From Candidatus Moraniibacteriota bacterium (GTDB lineage Bacteria; Patescibacteriota; Minisyncoccia; Moranbacterales; UBA1568): 42,416 nucleotides of DNA. Position 1 is the stretch's first letter. The number at the start of each line of letters is the position of its first letter. The stretch spans positions 155,665-198,080 of the forward strand of contig JAUSGT010000002.1 in NCBI GenBank assembly GCA_030648835.1, in the 5' to 3' direction. The notes under the pieces are model-generated. The model saw only the letters and a list, made by a program, of their open reading frames with translations, made no database searches and had not been told where the DNA came from. A program made the translations under genes and the position numbers. Positions 25,893 to 34,592 of the stretch are shown here, one piece after another.

Positions 25893-25918
25893 GATAATTG
25901 ATAAGGGATAATTGATAA
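25893..25918 (+). repeat. 26-nt GATAATTGATAAG-type word repeat, copy 1
   Basis: GATAATTGATAAGGGATAATTGATAA is the exact reverse complement of 30966-30991. Internally it is a 13-nt unit repeated twice. Confidence 0.9.
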
Positions 25919-25984
25919 GAGATAGAGAGTGTGTGAAAGAAAAAATCATGCATCACTTGTCTTGTGTCATGTATCTTTTCCCAT

Positions 25985-26974
25985 ATGCAAGAGGGGTTCA
26001 CGCGCAAAAAAGTTGAATCGCTCACTCTGGGCGAGAAACTGAAAAAGCTTCGGGGGGATTTCCGTATGAGTTTGTCCGAAATTTCCAAAGTGACGAAGAT
26101 TCAAGTGAAGTATTTGGAATATCTCGAAAATGGTCAGTATGATAAATTGCCGGCGGAAGTCTATGTGCGAGGATTCCTCCGGAGTTATGCCCGCTATTTG
26201 AATATCGATGAGCAGGCGCTTGTCAAACTCTACGAGCGTGAACGCAATATCCATGCCAATCTGAGTCAGGATATGCCGAAAAAAACCTTTGCCATGAAAA
26301 ATCTTGATATTTCCTCGCTGACGATTACGCCACGCTCTCTCGTGTTGGTGACGATCGTCTTTCTCGTTTTTGGAGCATTTTTTTATCTGTATCGTGAGTT
26401 CCAGGCTTTTGCCGGAGCGCCTCGGCTTGTCATTCTCAGCCCGAAAAGTGGGGAAACCGTTGAAACGAGTGAAATAGTGGTGACGGGGAAAACGGACAAG
26501 GGCGCGCGTGTTTCTATCAACAATCAACCGGTTTTTGTCGGGGGTGACGGAGAATTTTCCGATAAGCTGATTCTTCAGTCAGGGCTGAACACGATCATTA
26601 TTGTTTCGGTCAATCGTTTTGACAAGGAAAAATCGGAAACACTGTCAATCGAAGCCCATTATACGCTTTCGGTGCCGGAAACTTCCTCTGGGAGTACACC
26701 TGTGGTCCAAGGCAAAGAAACCTTCCGTTTGGATGTGAGCGTGCGTGAAGCACCAACAAAAATTACGTTGGAAGCCGACAATATGATGGTGTTCAGCGGT
26801 ATGCTGAAGCCGGGAGAATCGCAGGCGGTTACGGCAAAAGAACGCGTCAAAGTCACTTCGGAAAACGCCGCGAGGACGTTCGTGCGTTTCAATGGTCTAC
26901 CGGAAGCGCCGCTGGGGGGTAGCCAAGCATCGCGAGAGGAAGCCATTTTTACTGCGGATGGCAAACAAGAGTAG
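25985..26974 (+). CDS. RodZ-like protein (HTH domain, TM, C-terminal DUF4115)
   Basis: LGEKLKKLRGDFRMSLSEISKVTKIQVKYLEYLENGQYDKLPAEVYVRGFLRSYARYL is the RodZ/HTH_25 signature. One TM follows, then a beta-rich C-terminal domain. Start set at ATG 25985. Confidence 0.8.
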   Translation: MQEGFTRKKVESLTLGEKLKKLRGDFRMSLSEISKVTKIQVKYLEYLENGQYDKLPAEVYVRGFLRSYARYLNIDEQALVKLYERERNIHANLSQDMPKKTFAMKNLDISSLTITPRSLVLVTIVFLVFGAFFYLYREFQAFAGAPRLVILSPKSGETVETSEIVVTGKTDKGARVSINNQPVFVGGDGEFSDKLILQSGLNTIIIVSVNRFDKEKSETLSIEAHYTLSVPETSSGSTPVVQGKETFRLDVSVREAPTKITLEADNMMVFSGMLKPGESQAVTAKERVKVTSENAARTFVRFNGLPEAPLGGSQASREEAIFTADGKQE

Positions 26975-27185
26975 ACACGCTCCAGTATGTATGTTAGTAT
27001 GCAAGTAAGGTAAACAACAATAAATGTATGGCAGCCCCGCCTCAATTCCGAATTTAGTGAGAAAAAATCCGGAGTTGGTACCGCGGAAACGCCTTACGGC
27101 TTTATATGAGCCAGAGTAAAATTTAATTAAAGAATTGAAGCGGGACGCTCATAAATGTAGCTTCTCGTTTCACTCGAAGACATTT

Positions 27186-28223
27186 ATGGCGAAGGCGAAA
27201 CAAACAGCGAGTGAGGGTCAGGACAAGATCAGAAGTGTCGTGAGCGCGATTGAGGAGAAATTTGGCGAGGGAGTTATCATGAAACTTGGCGATGTCCGCA
27301 AGGTGGATGTTGAGGCTATCCCGACCGGTTCGGTATCGCTTGATATTGCGCTCGGTATCGGAGGCGTGCCGCGTGGTCGCGTGGTGGAAATTTATGGACC
27401 GGAATCATCCGGCAAGACGACACTTTCATTGCACATCGTGGCCAACGCGCAAAAAATAGGCGGGGTGGCGGCTTTTGTGGATGCGGAGCACGCACTCGAT
27501 CCGGAATATGCCAAGCGCATCGGCGTGAACATAGGTGATCTCCTCATTTCTCAGCCGGACAATGGCGAACAGGCGCTCGATATCGTGGAAACGCTCGTGC
27601 GTTCCAACATGGTGGACGTGATTGTGGTGGATTCGGTGGCGGCGCTTGTGCCGAGAGCGGAAATCGAGGGCGAGATGGGCGATTCTCATATGGGTCGGCA
27701 GGCCAGGCTTATGTCGCAGGCGCTTCGCAAGCTTACCGCTATTATCGCGCGTTCCAATGTGGTGGTGATTTTTATCAATCAGATCCGGATGAAAATCGGC
27801 ATCATGTTTGGCAATCCGGAAACGACCACCGGTGGGCAGGCACTCAAATTTTACTCCTCGGTGCGTATCGAAGTCAGACGCAGCGCTCAGATCAAGAAGG
27901 GTGAAGAAGTGGTGGGCAATCGCGTCAAGGCCAAAGTGGTGAAAAACAAAGTCGCGGCGCCATTTCGGACCGCCGAATTCGATATTATGTATAACGAGGG
28001 TATTTCCTTTTCCGGTGATCTTCTGGATGCCGGTGTGCTCTATGGCGCGGTCAAGAAATCCGGCAATTCATTCGCGTTCGGAGAGGTGAAGCTCGGCGTC
28101 GGTCGCGAGACGGCCAAAGCTTTTCTTAAAGAGAACCAAAAAATCGGTAAAGAAATCGAGAAAGCCATTCTCAAGCAGGCCAAAGAAGGAAAAATAGAGA
28201 CAAAAGCGGAAGTTGAGGAATAA
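27186..28223 (+). CDS. recA: recombinase RecA
   Basis: [15 protein letters not shown].., Walker [10 protein letters not shown], ..[10 protein letters not shown].. and the L1/L2 loop regions. Start set at ATG 27186 (MAKAKQ..), not the upstream in-frame TTG 27135. Confidence 0.95.
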   Translation: MAKAKQTASEGQDKIRSVVSAIEEKFGEGVIMKLGDVRKVDVEAIPTGSVSLDIALGIGGVPRGRVVEIYGPESSGKTTLSLHIVANAQKIGGVAAFVDAEHALDPEYAKRIGVNIGDLLISQPDNGEQALDIVETLVRSNMVDVIVVDSVAALVPRAEIEGEMGDSHMGRQARLMSQALRKLTAIIARSNVVVIFINQIRMKIGIMFGNPETTTGGQALKFYSSVRIEVRRSAQIKKGEEVVGNRVKAKVVKNKVAAPFRTAEFDIMYNEGISFSGDLLDAGVLYGAVKKSGNSFAFGEVKLGVGRETAKAFLKENQKIGKEIEKAILKQAKEGKIETKAEVEE

Positions 28224-28246
28224 CAAGCAGATGTTTTTCCCATTGA

Positions 28247-28269
28247 GGCGAGCTTTCTAGCTCGCTTTT
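28247..28269 (+). terminator. rho-independent terminator after recA
   Basis: GCGAGC-TTTCTA-GCTCGC followed by TTTT. Confidence 0.75.
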
Positions 28270-28323
28270 GTGCGTTTGTGTCCATTAAAAGTCTCGGGAT
28301 CGAATATGTTATACTATTTCTGT

Positions 28324-29595
28324 ATGCAACAAAAGAAGAAAATTTTTTCTTTGCTGATGGGAGGAATATTTTTGGCTCTCGTTTTCGTTATGCCAGGCCA
28401 ACACGTTTTTGTCCTTGCACAAGAGAGCGCCGATGAGATTGAAAGTGATATCAGCAAACTTGAGAAAAAACTGAAAAAAGAAACTCAGGAGCTTGATGTG
28501 CTGAAACAAGATTTGAATCAGATCGATTCCTCGCTCACATCCACGCAACAGCTGATACAGCGTACTCAGAATCTGCTCAATCAGACGGAACAGACCATAG
28601 GGCAGAAAGAAAAGGAAATTGCCAATCTTGAGCAGCAACTTGTACTGGAGCGGGATGTTTTGACGGGGCTTATTCAAGAAATGTATCTTAACGGTAGTGT
28701 TTCCCTCCCCGAAGTGATGTTGTCAAGCAGTGATTTTGTTAAATTTCTTCAAGGGAATGATAATCTTTTCTCCACCCAAGAAAAGATGCAAGGCGTGATT
28801 CAAGATATCAATGAGATACGGTCAAAAGTTACTGATGAAAAAATTTCTTTGGAGGATGTCAAAAAAGATCACGAGACGTTGCTTCAGATAAAGAACAGGC
28901 AAAAACAAGTTCTTGTCGCCGAGAAAGTAGAAACAGAAGGCGACCTTGAAGACCAGCAGGCGACGGTTGCCGAACTCCAATCCAAACTCAACGAATTGAA
29001 AGGTGATTTGAACAAATTATTGGGGAAAAGCTATGATGCAAAAAATATAAAAGATGCTATACAGTTTGCCGCAAGTAAGACGGGCGTCCGCGAAGGGTTT
29101 TTGTTCGGAATGCTTTCGGTTGAATCACGTTTAGGAGCTTCGGTAGGAGGGTGTGATTATAAACAAAGTCGGATGAGCGCGTATCGATTGGGTATTTTCA
29201 AAAGTATAGCCAGCGAGTTGGATTATGATTATAAGAAGTTGAAGGTTTCTTGTCCGCCGGCAAGCTATAGGGGAACTGGTGGCGCTATGGGCGCGGCGCA
29301 ATTTATGGCTGACACGTGGAATGGGTATAAGAGTACCATCGCCTCACGAACTGGCCACAACCCCCCAGATCCGTGGAATCTGACGGATGGGGTGGTGGCT
29401 ATGGCATCGAAGCTGGCTAATGATGGTGGAGCTAAAAACGGGAATACAACCATTACAAGTCCGTGCACGAGAAAAAAAGTGAGTGTGAAGTGGGAAACCT
29501 ACGCCTCTATGCGTTACCTCGGTTGGTCGTGTTACGCTTTGAATAACTATTCAAGAACTATACAAAGCCTTTCCGGTAATTATAAGAATCTCTGA
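28324..29595 (+). CDS. secreted coiled-coil protein with C-terminal lytic-transglycosylase-like (SLT_2/MltB-type) domain
   Basis: Signal/TM segment FSLLMGGIFLALVFVMP and about 230 aa of heptad-rich Q/E/L/K sequence. It then has GMLSVESRLG (catalytic Glu-Ser context) and GAMGAAQFMADTWNGY. ATG 28324 lies 8 nt after TGTTATACT. Confidence 0.7.
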   Translation: MQQKKKIFSLLMGGIFLALVFVMPGQHVFVLAQESADEIESDISKLEKKLKKETQELDVLKQDLNQIDSSLTSTQQLIQRTQNLLNQTEQTIGQKEKEIANLEQQLVLERDVLTGLIQEMYLNGSVSLPEVMLSSSDFVKFLQGNDNLFSTQEKMQGVIQDINEIRSKVTDEKISLEDVKKDHETLLQIKNRQKQVLVAEKVETEGDLEDQQATVAELQSKLNELKGDLNKLLGKSYDAKNIKDAIQFAASKTGVREGFLFGMLSVESRLGASVGGCDYKQSRMSAYRLGIFKSIASELDYDYKKLKVSCPPASYRGTGGAMGAAQFMADTWNGYKSTIASRTGHNPPDPWNLTDGVVAMASKLANDGGAKNGNTTITSPCTRKKVSVKWETYASMRYLGWSCYALNNYSRTIQSLSGNYKNL

Positions 29596-29859
29596 TTTTT
29601 TTGAGTTTTGTAGAACTTAAGAAGGGGGCTATTGCCAAAATCAGCAAAGCCTGATAAGCTGTGAAAACAACTGAGAAAGTCCGACGTTTTTCTCGCCTTG
29701 AGGAGACCCTGAGCAAGTCGAAGGGCCGTTCATAGAGGATTAAGAAAAACAAATTCCGTACCAAGGACTCTCGTTGCCGACGGATTTTTTGTTTATAATT
29801 TATTTAAGAAGTGGTACGTTGCAGGCTAAAAAGCTACCAGCTACCAGCTACAAGCTAAT

Positions 29860-30366
29860 ATGGTTGAATACGAACTATTGTATCTCGTAGGAGAGTCCAA
29901 AGAGAGTGAGCTGCCGCGTATCCGCGAAGCGGTAGAGAAGGTTATCGTAACCGCTGGGGGGACATTTTTGGCGCCGGTGACGGAAGAAAAGCGCAAAATG
30001 GCCTATGAGGTGAAAAAAGAGATCCGAGGAACCTACATCGCTCGCCGGTTTACATTACCGGACAAAGACGAACGTGACGCGAGTGAGAGCGCTGAAAATG
30101 AAATACATCCTCTGGCTGCCATCAACCGATCCCTCCAACTTTCCAAAGATATCTTGCGCTTTCTTATCGTTTCGGCCAAAGGTTTGCCGGAGTTGAAAGC
30201 CATCGAACGCGTGGAGCGACCGAAAACGGATAGCCGTGGAGGCCGCTACGAGAAGCGCGGGGCAGTTCGCCCGATGCCACAGGCTCCGATGGCTCCCAAA
30301 GAAACAGCCAAACCGGTCAGCGATGCGCAGATTGACGAGCAATTGAAAGAAAAACTTGATATATAA
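29860..30366 (+). CDS. rpsF: 30S ribosomal protein S6 with a long C-terminal extension
   Basis: YELLYLV.., KRKMAYEVKK and GTYIARRF are S6 motifs. At 168 aa it is about 60-70 aa longer than the minimal S6. Confidence 0.9.
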   Translation: MVEYELLYLVGESKESELPRIREAVEKVIVTAGGTFLAPVTEEKRKMAYEVKKEIRGTYIARRFTLPDKDERDASESAENEIHPLAAINRSLQLSKDILRFLIVSAKGLPELKAIERVERPKTDSRGGRYEKRGAVRPMPQAPMAPKETAKPVSDAQIDEQLKEKLDI

Positions 30367-30418
30367 TTAAGGAAACAGTTAACAAAACATAATTTGCGTA
30401 ATTATTAATCAAGAGTTT

Positions 30419-30904
30419 ATGAACGTCAATAAAGCGATTCTTGTCGGGCGGTTGACTCGGGATCCGGATATGCGGACCACCACGAGCGGCCAGTCGGTAG
30501 TGACACTTTCCATGGCTACCAATAATTTTTGGACCGACAAGAGCGGTACAAAACAGGAAAAAACAGAATTTCACAATGTCGTTTTGTGGGGGAGGCTCGC
30601 GGAAATTGCGTCGCAGTATCTCACCAAAGGGCAAGAGTGTTTTATTGAGGGACGTCTGCAGACGAGAGAGTATACCGCTAAGGACGGAACGCAGAAGAGA
30701 GTGACTGAGATCGTCGGTGAAAATATGCAGCTCGGGAGTCGAGCTCAAGGGTCTTCTCAAGGTGGTGGCGCTCCGAGGAGTGCCGTCAGAGGACCACAGG
30801 GAGGTAGTCAGCCTGGTGTACAAGCTCCTGCCGAAGAAGAAATTCCTACCATCAACCTCGATGATGATAAGAGTGAGATTAAGATCGAGGATGTCCCTTT
30901 TTAA
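30419..30904 (+). CDS. ssb: single-stranded DNA-binding protein
   Basis: NKAILVGRLTRDPDMR.., TEFHNVVLWGRLAEIA.. and KGQECFIEGRLQTREY. Gly/Gln-rich tail ending in the acidic tip ..IEDVPF. Confidence 0.93.
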   Translation: MNVNKAILVGRLTRDPDMRTTTSGQSVVTLSMATNNFWTDKSGTKQEKTEFHNVVLWGRLAEIASQYLTKGQECFIEGRLQTREYTAKDGTQKRVTEIVGENMQLGSRAQGSSQGGGAPRSAVRGPQGGSQPGVQAPAEEEIPTINLDDDKSEIKIEDVPF

Positions 30905-30965
30905 GAAGATGCAAGATGTTTGATGAGAGATGTACGATGACGAGTCTTCAAATCTCGCATTTCTT

Positions 30966-30991
30966 TTATCAATTATCCCTTATCAATTATC
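30966..30991 (-). repeat. 26-nt GATAATTGATAAG-type word repeat, copy 2 (inverted)
   Basis: TTATCAATTATCCCTTATCAATTATC is the exact reverse complement of 25893-25918. It lies between ssb and rpsR. Confidence 0.9.
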
Positions 30992-31007
30992 ATTTATCAC
31001 AGACATT

Positions 31008-31202
31008 ATGGAAGCAGCAATGAGTAAAAAATTGGCGAAGCTTGATTACAAGGACGCTTATTTTTTGCGGCGTTTTTTGAACTCGCAAGGCAAGATGTAT
31101 CCGCCGAAACGGCACGGTCTCTCCGCCAAAGAGCAGCGTGGTCTGGCAAACGCCGTGAAACGCGCTCGTTTTATGGCGCTTATCCCGTACGTGGTCAAAT
31201 AA
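31008..31202 (+). CDS. rpsR: 30S ribosomal protein S18
   Basis: KLDYKDAYFLRRFLNSQGKMYPPKRHGLSAKEQRGLANAVKRARFMALIPY is the S18 signature. The start is trimmed to ATG 31008 (or 31020), because the track's 30930 start runs through the repeat. Confidence 0.9.
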   Translation: MEAAMSKKLAKLDYKDAYFLRRFLNSQGKMYPPKRHGLSAKEQRGLANAVKRARFMALIPYVVK

Positions 31203-31233
31203 CAGAATAGAGAATCAGGAATCATGAATCAAG

Positions 31234-31256
31234 GCGGTGTACACACTGCGGTTTTT
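31234..31256 (+). terminator. rho-independent terminator after rpsR
   Basis: GCGGTG-TACA-CACTGC, with one G-U pair, followed by GGTTTTT. Confidence 0.65.
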
Positions 31257-31294
31257 AATTCTCAATTCTTGATCCCCAATTCTTTTTTCGAACT

Positions 31295-31852
31295 ATGCTC
31301 AATCTTACAGAAATCAAAACTGGAAAAAAAATCGTCTGGAATGACGAGCCGTATATCGTGATGGATTACCAACATTCGAAAATCGGACGCGGAGGAGCTG
31401 TCATGCGTACCAAGCTGAAGAACTTGCTCTCCGGGGCGATCATCGATTATACGTTTCAAGGCGCTGAAAAAGTTGAGGAAGCGGAAATTTCCAAATCGCA
31501 CGCGCAATATTTGTATCATGACGGGGAGGAATATCAATTTATGGATACGGTGACGTACGATCAGTTTTCGCTTTCCAAAAAAGTGCTTGGTGAGATGCCC
31601 TCGTATCTCATCGAAGGGACTGAAGTTTCCATTCTCAACTGGAATGGCCATCCGATCAACTTGGAACTGCCGATCAAAGTTACGCTCAAGGTCACCGATG
31701 CTCCTCCGGGTATCAAAGGTGATACGGCATCGGGTGGCGGCAAGGTAGTGACGCTCGAAACCGGTATCCAAATCACGACACCGCTCTTCGTAAAAACGGG
31801 GGATAATGTCATCGTCAACACGGAAAAAGGGACGTATGTGTCGAGGGCATAA
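31295..31852 (+). CDS. efp: elongation factor P (Arg at the loop-tip position)
   Basis: 185 aa with the three-domain EF-P pattern. The loop reads HSKIGRGGAVMRTKLKNL, with Arg32 where E. coli has Lys34. Confidence 0.92.
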   Translation: MLNLTEIKTGKKIVWNDEPYIVMDYQHSKIGRGGAVMRTKLKNLLSGAIIDYTFQGAEKVEEAEISKSHAQYLYHDGEEYQFMDTVTYDQFSLSKKVLGEMPSYLIEGTEVSILNWNGHPINLELPIKVTLKVTDAPPGIKGDTASGGGKVVTLETGIQITTPLFVKTGDNVIVNTEKGTYVSRA

Positions 31853-31863
31853 TGATAAAAAAA

Positions 31864-31890
31864 GAACAGGTCAAAAATAACCTGTTTTTT
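31864..31890 (+). terminator. rho-independent terminator after efp
   Basis: AACAGGT-CAAAAATA-ACCTGTT followed by TTTTT. Confidence 0.8.
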
Positions 31891-32014
31891 TCTGTAAAAA
31901 AGCTTTAAATAAGGGATATTTTTGCCAGCAGGAAAGGTTGCTTTTTTTCGGAAAAAATGCTAAAATTGACAAAGGAAACAGTCAAAAAAAGCACTGTTTT
32001 CTTAGTTTAATACT

Positions 32015-32401
32015 ATGTCCCTGTCCACGTATTTGTGGGGTATCCGCCTGTTCACGCTCTTTGCATTTTTTGCGTGGCTGGGAGTGGTTGTTTTACTTGA
32101 TCCGGAGGCTACTGGGGGCATGGGGGTGGGACTTCTTTTTATCAGTCTTCTTGCTCTTCTCACCGGACTTTTTACGCTTTTTGTGATGTGGGCATATCGC
32201 AAGGCGTTGGGTGACAAGGGAGCAGCTCATCATTTGAGCGGAGCTTTTCGCCAAGCGTCTCTTCTGGCGTTGTATGTGTTGGGTATTGTTTTTTTTCAGT
32301 ACGGACGGATTTTTACCTGGTGGGACGCGTTACTTCTTCTCGCGGCGATACTTCTCATAGAATTTTCACTGCGGAATTTTTCTCGACATAAAGATGAATA
32401 A
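32015..32401 (+). CDS. small integral membrane protein (4 predicted TM)
   Basis: 128 aa with four hydrophobic segments. No family recognised. Confidence 0.65.
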   Translation: MSLSTYLWGIRLFTLFAFFAWLGVVVLLDPEATGGMGVGLLFISLLALLTGLFTLFVMWAYRKALGDKGAAHHLSGAFRQASLLALYVLGIVFFQYGRIFTWWDALLLLAAILLIEFSLRNFSRHKDE

Positions 32402-32437
32402 AAAACAATTTAATTTTTGGCAGGTGAAATGACGATT

Positions 32438-34510
32438 ATGGCGAAAAAGACGGAACAAACCAGTTACGGGGCAAAATCCATTCAGGTGTTGGAAGGTTTG
32501 GATCCGGTGCGCAAGCGCCCGGGTATGTATATCGGCGGCACATCTGTCGAGGGATTGCATCATCTCGTGTGGGAAGTGGTGAACAATTCCATCGATGAAG
32601 CAATGGCCGGATACTGTACCGATATCACGGTGCGGCTGTTGCCGGATAACTTTGTGGAAGTAACAGACAATGGCCGTGGTATTCCGGTGGAGATTCATCC
32701 ACAGACAAAAAAGTCCACGCTCGAAACGGTTATGACGGTACTGCATGCCGGCGGAAAATTCGGCGGTGAGGGGGGATACAAAATTTCCGGCGGTTTGCAC
32801 GGTGTTGGCGTCTCTGTCGTGAATGCCCTGTCTCTTTTTACCAAGGTGACGGTGGAGTTTCAGGGGAAAGTGTGGATACAGGAATACAAGCGAGGTAAGC
32901 CGGTAGCCAGCGTGAAATCGATTGGTAAATCCGACAGAACCGGCACCACTGTTGCCTTCCAGGCTGACCCGGAAATTTTTCCGGAGATCGCTTATTCTTG
33001 GACGAAGATTCTCGAGTATCTCCGCTACCAAGCTTTTCTCACCAAGGGGGTGCGCATCAATGCCGAAGATTGGCGCGAAGCCCCAGGAAAAGGGGAAGAG
33101 TACAAAGTGCGGCGCCACAGTTTCTATTTTGATTCCGGTATTGTCTCGTTTGTGAAATTCCTCAATCGTAAGAAAGAGGTGAAGAATCTTACGCCGGTGT
33201 ATATCGAAAAAACCCAAAGTGATATTTATGTGGAAGTGTCGCTGCAATTCACCGAAGGTTTCAAAGAACATTTGTTCGCGTTCGCCAACAATATTTTGAA
33301 TCCGGGCGGTGGAACCCATGTCACCGGTTTCAAGATGGCGCTGACGCGTGCCATGAACGATTATGCCAAGAAAAACAATCTCATCAAGGAAAAAGAGGGG
33401 GCGTTTACTTCGGAAGATTTGAGTGAGGGGTTGACGGCGGTCGTATCCGTAAAGCTCGCCAACCCGCAATTTGAAGGTCAGACCAAAGACAAACTCAACA
33501 ACCAGGAAGTGCGCGGGGCGGTATCGTCGGTTACCGCGGAAGGACTTTCCGAGTACCTGGAAACCCACCCGGCGGACGCGCGGGCGATGATAGATAAGTG
33601 TCTCTTGACGGTGCGGGCGCGCATTGCCGCGCGAGCGGCCAAAGACGCGGTGCTGCGCAAGGGGGCACTCGAGGGGATGACCCTTCCGGGGAAATTGGCA
33701 GATTGTACCACACGTGATGCCGCTCGTTCCGAAGTGTACATTGTTGAAGGAGACTCCGCCGGCGGCTCGGCTAAACAGGGTCGCAACCGCGAATTTCAAG
33801 CCATCCTGCCACTGCGGGGCAAGCTGGTAAATGTGGAAAAAACCAGTCTCGACAAAGTGGTGAAGTCCGATACCTTGAAGCCGATCATTATCGCACTTGG
33901 AGTGGGTATTGGGGAAACATTCGACATTTCGAGGCTGCGTTATGGCAAAGTGATCATTATGGCTGACGCTGATGTTGATGGTTCACATATTCGGACGCTT
34001 CTCCTGACATTTTTTTATCGCTACTATGAATCGCTCATTCGCGGAGGGCATATTTATATCGCTCAGCCGCCGCTCTACCGTCTCCAAAAAGGCAAGGACG
34101 TGCGATATGCCTATACCGATGAGGACAAGGAACGTGTGTTGGAAGAACTGAAACAGATTGCGGCTGCCAAGGCTACTGCGAAAAAAGATAAGAAAAACAA
34201 AAAGAATGAATCTACCGACACCAAAGCTCTGGCGGATGATGGAGACGAAATTGAAGCGGCGGTGGAAGGGAGTGCTGACGAAACGGTGAGCGGTGTATCC
34301 ATCCAGCGCTACAAAGGTCTCGGAGAAATGAATCCGGAACAGCTCTGGGAAACCACGATGAATCCGGACAATCGTATTATGTTGCAAGTAAAGATCGAAG
34401 ATGCCGAAGAGGCCGATGAACTGTTTGATATCTTGATGGGTAACGAAGTGGAACCGCGTCGGCGTTTCATCCAGACCCACGCCAAAGCCGTGAAGAATCT
34501 GGATGTGTAG
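32438..34510 (+). CDS. gyrB: DNA gyrase subunit B
   Basis: YGAKSIQVLEGLDPVRKRPGMYIGG, HHLVWEVVDN-type ATPase motifs, QTK, the Toprim EGDSAGG and PLRGK, DADVDGSHI and IQRYKGLGEMNPEQLWETTM. Start set at ATG 32438. Contains a charged low-complexity insertion of about 40 aa at about 34160-34300. Confidence 0.95.
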   Translation: MAKKTEQTSYGAKSIQVLEGLDPVRKRPGMYIGGTSVEGLHHLVWEVVNNSIDEAMAGYCTDITVRLLPDNFVEVTDNGRGIPVEIHPQTKKSTLETVMTVLHAGGKFGGEGGYKISGGLHGVGVSVVNALSLFTKVTVEFQGKVWIQEYKRGKPVASVKSIGKSDRTGTTVAFQADPEIFPEIAYSWTKILEYLRYQAFLTKGVRINAEDWREAPGKGEEYKVRRHSFYFDSGIVSFVKFLNRKKEVKNLTPVYIEKTQSDIYVEVSLQFTEGFKEHLFAFANNILNPGGGTHVTGFKMALTRAMNDYAKKNNLIKEKEGAFTSEDLSEGLTAVVSVKLANPQFEGQTKDKLNNQEVRGAVSSVTAEGLSEYLETHPADARAMIDKCLLTVRARIAARAAKDAVLRKGALEGMTLPGKLADCTTRDAARSEVYIVEGDSAGGSAKQGRNREFQAILPLRGKLVNVEKTSLDKVVKSDTLKPIIIALGVGIGETFDISRLRYGKVIIMADADVDGSHIRTLLLTFFYRYYESLIRGGHIYIAQPPLYRLQKGKDVRYAYTDEDKERVLEELKQIAAAKATAKKDKKNKKNESTDTKALADDGDEIEAAVEGSADETVSGVSIQRYKGLGEMNPEQLWETTMNPDNRIMLQVKIEDAEEADELFDILMGNEVEPRRRFIQTHAKAVKNLDV

Positions 34511-34551
34511 GTGAGGATGTAGGATGAGTGATACGTGATATGAAACAAACA

Positions 34552-34585
34552 AAAAGCGCCCCGAAGGGCGCTTTGGTGTTTTTGC
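34552..34585. terminator. bidirectional terminator shared by gyrB and the DUF5679 gene
   Basis: AAAAA-GCGCCC-CGAA-GGGCGC-TTTGGTGTTTTT, with A/T runs on both sides. Confidence 0.85.
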
Positions 34586-34592
34586 CTACAGA

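Noticed and set aside
29558-29764. 68-aa minus-strand ORF in the spacer upstream of rpsF.
   Set aside because: It overlaps the end of the upstream plus-strand gene, has no SD, and its composition is arbitrary.
25893-31000. Possibility that the GATAATTGATAAG repeats or other word repeats are a CRISPR array.
   Set aside because: There is no regular repeat-spacer periodicity. The units are only tandem or inverted, lie kilobases apart, and no cas genes are present.
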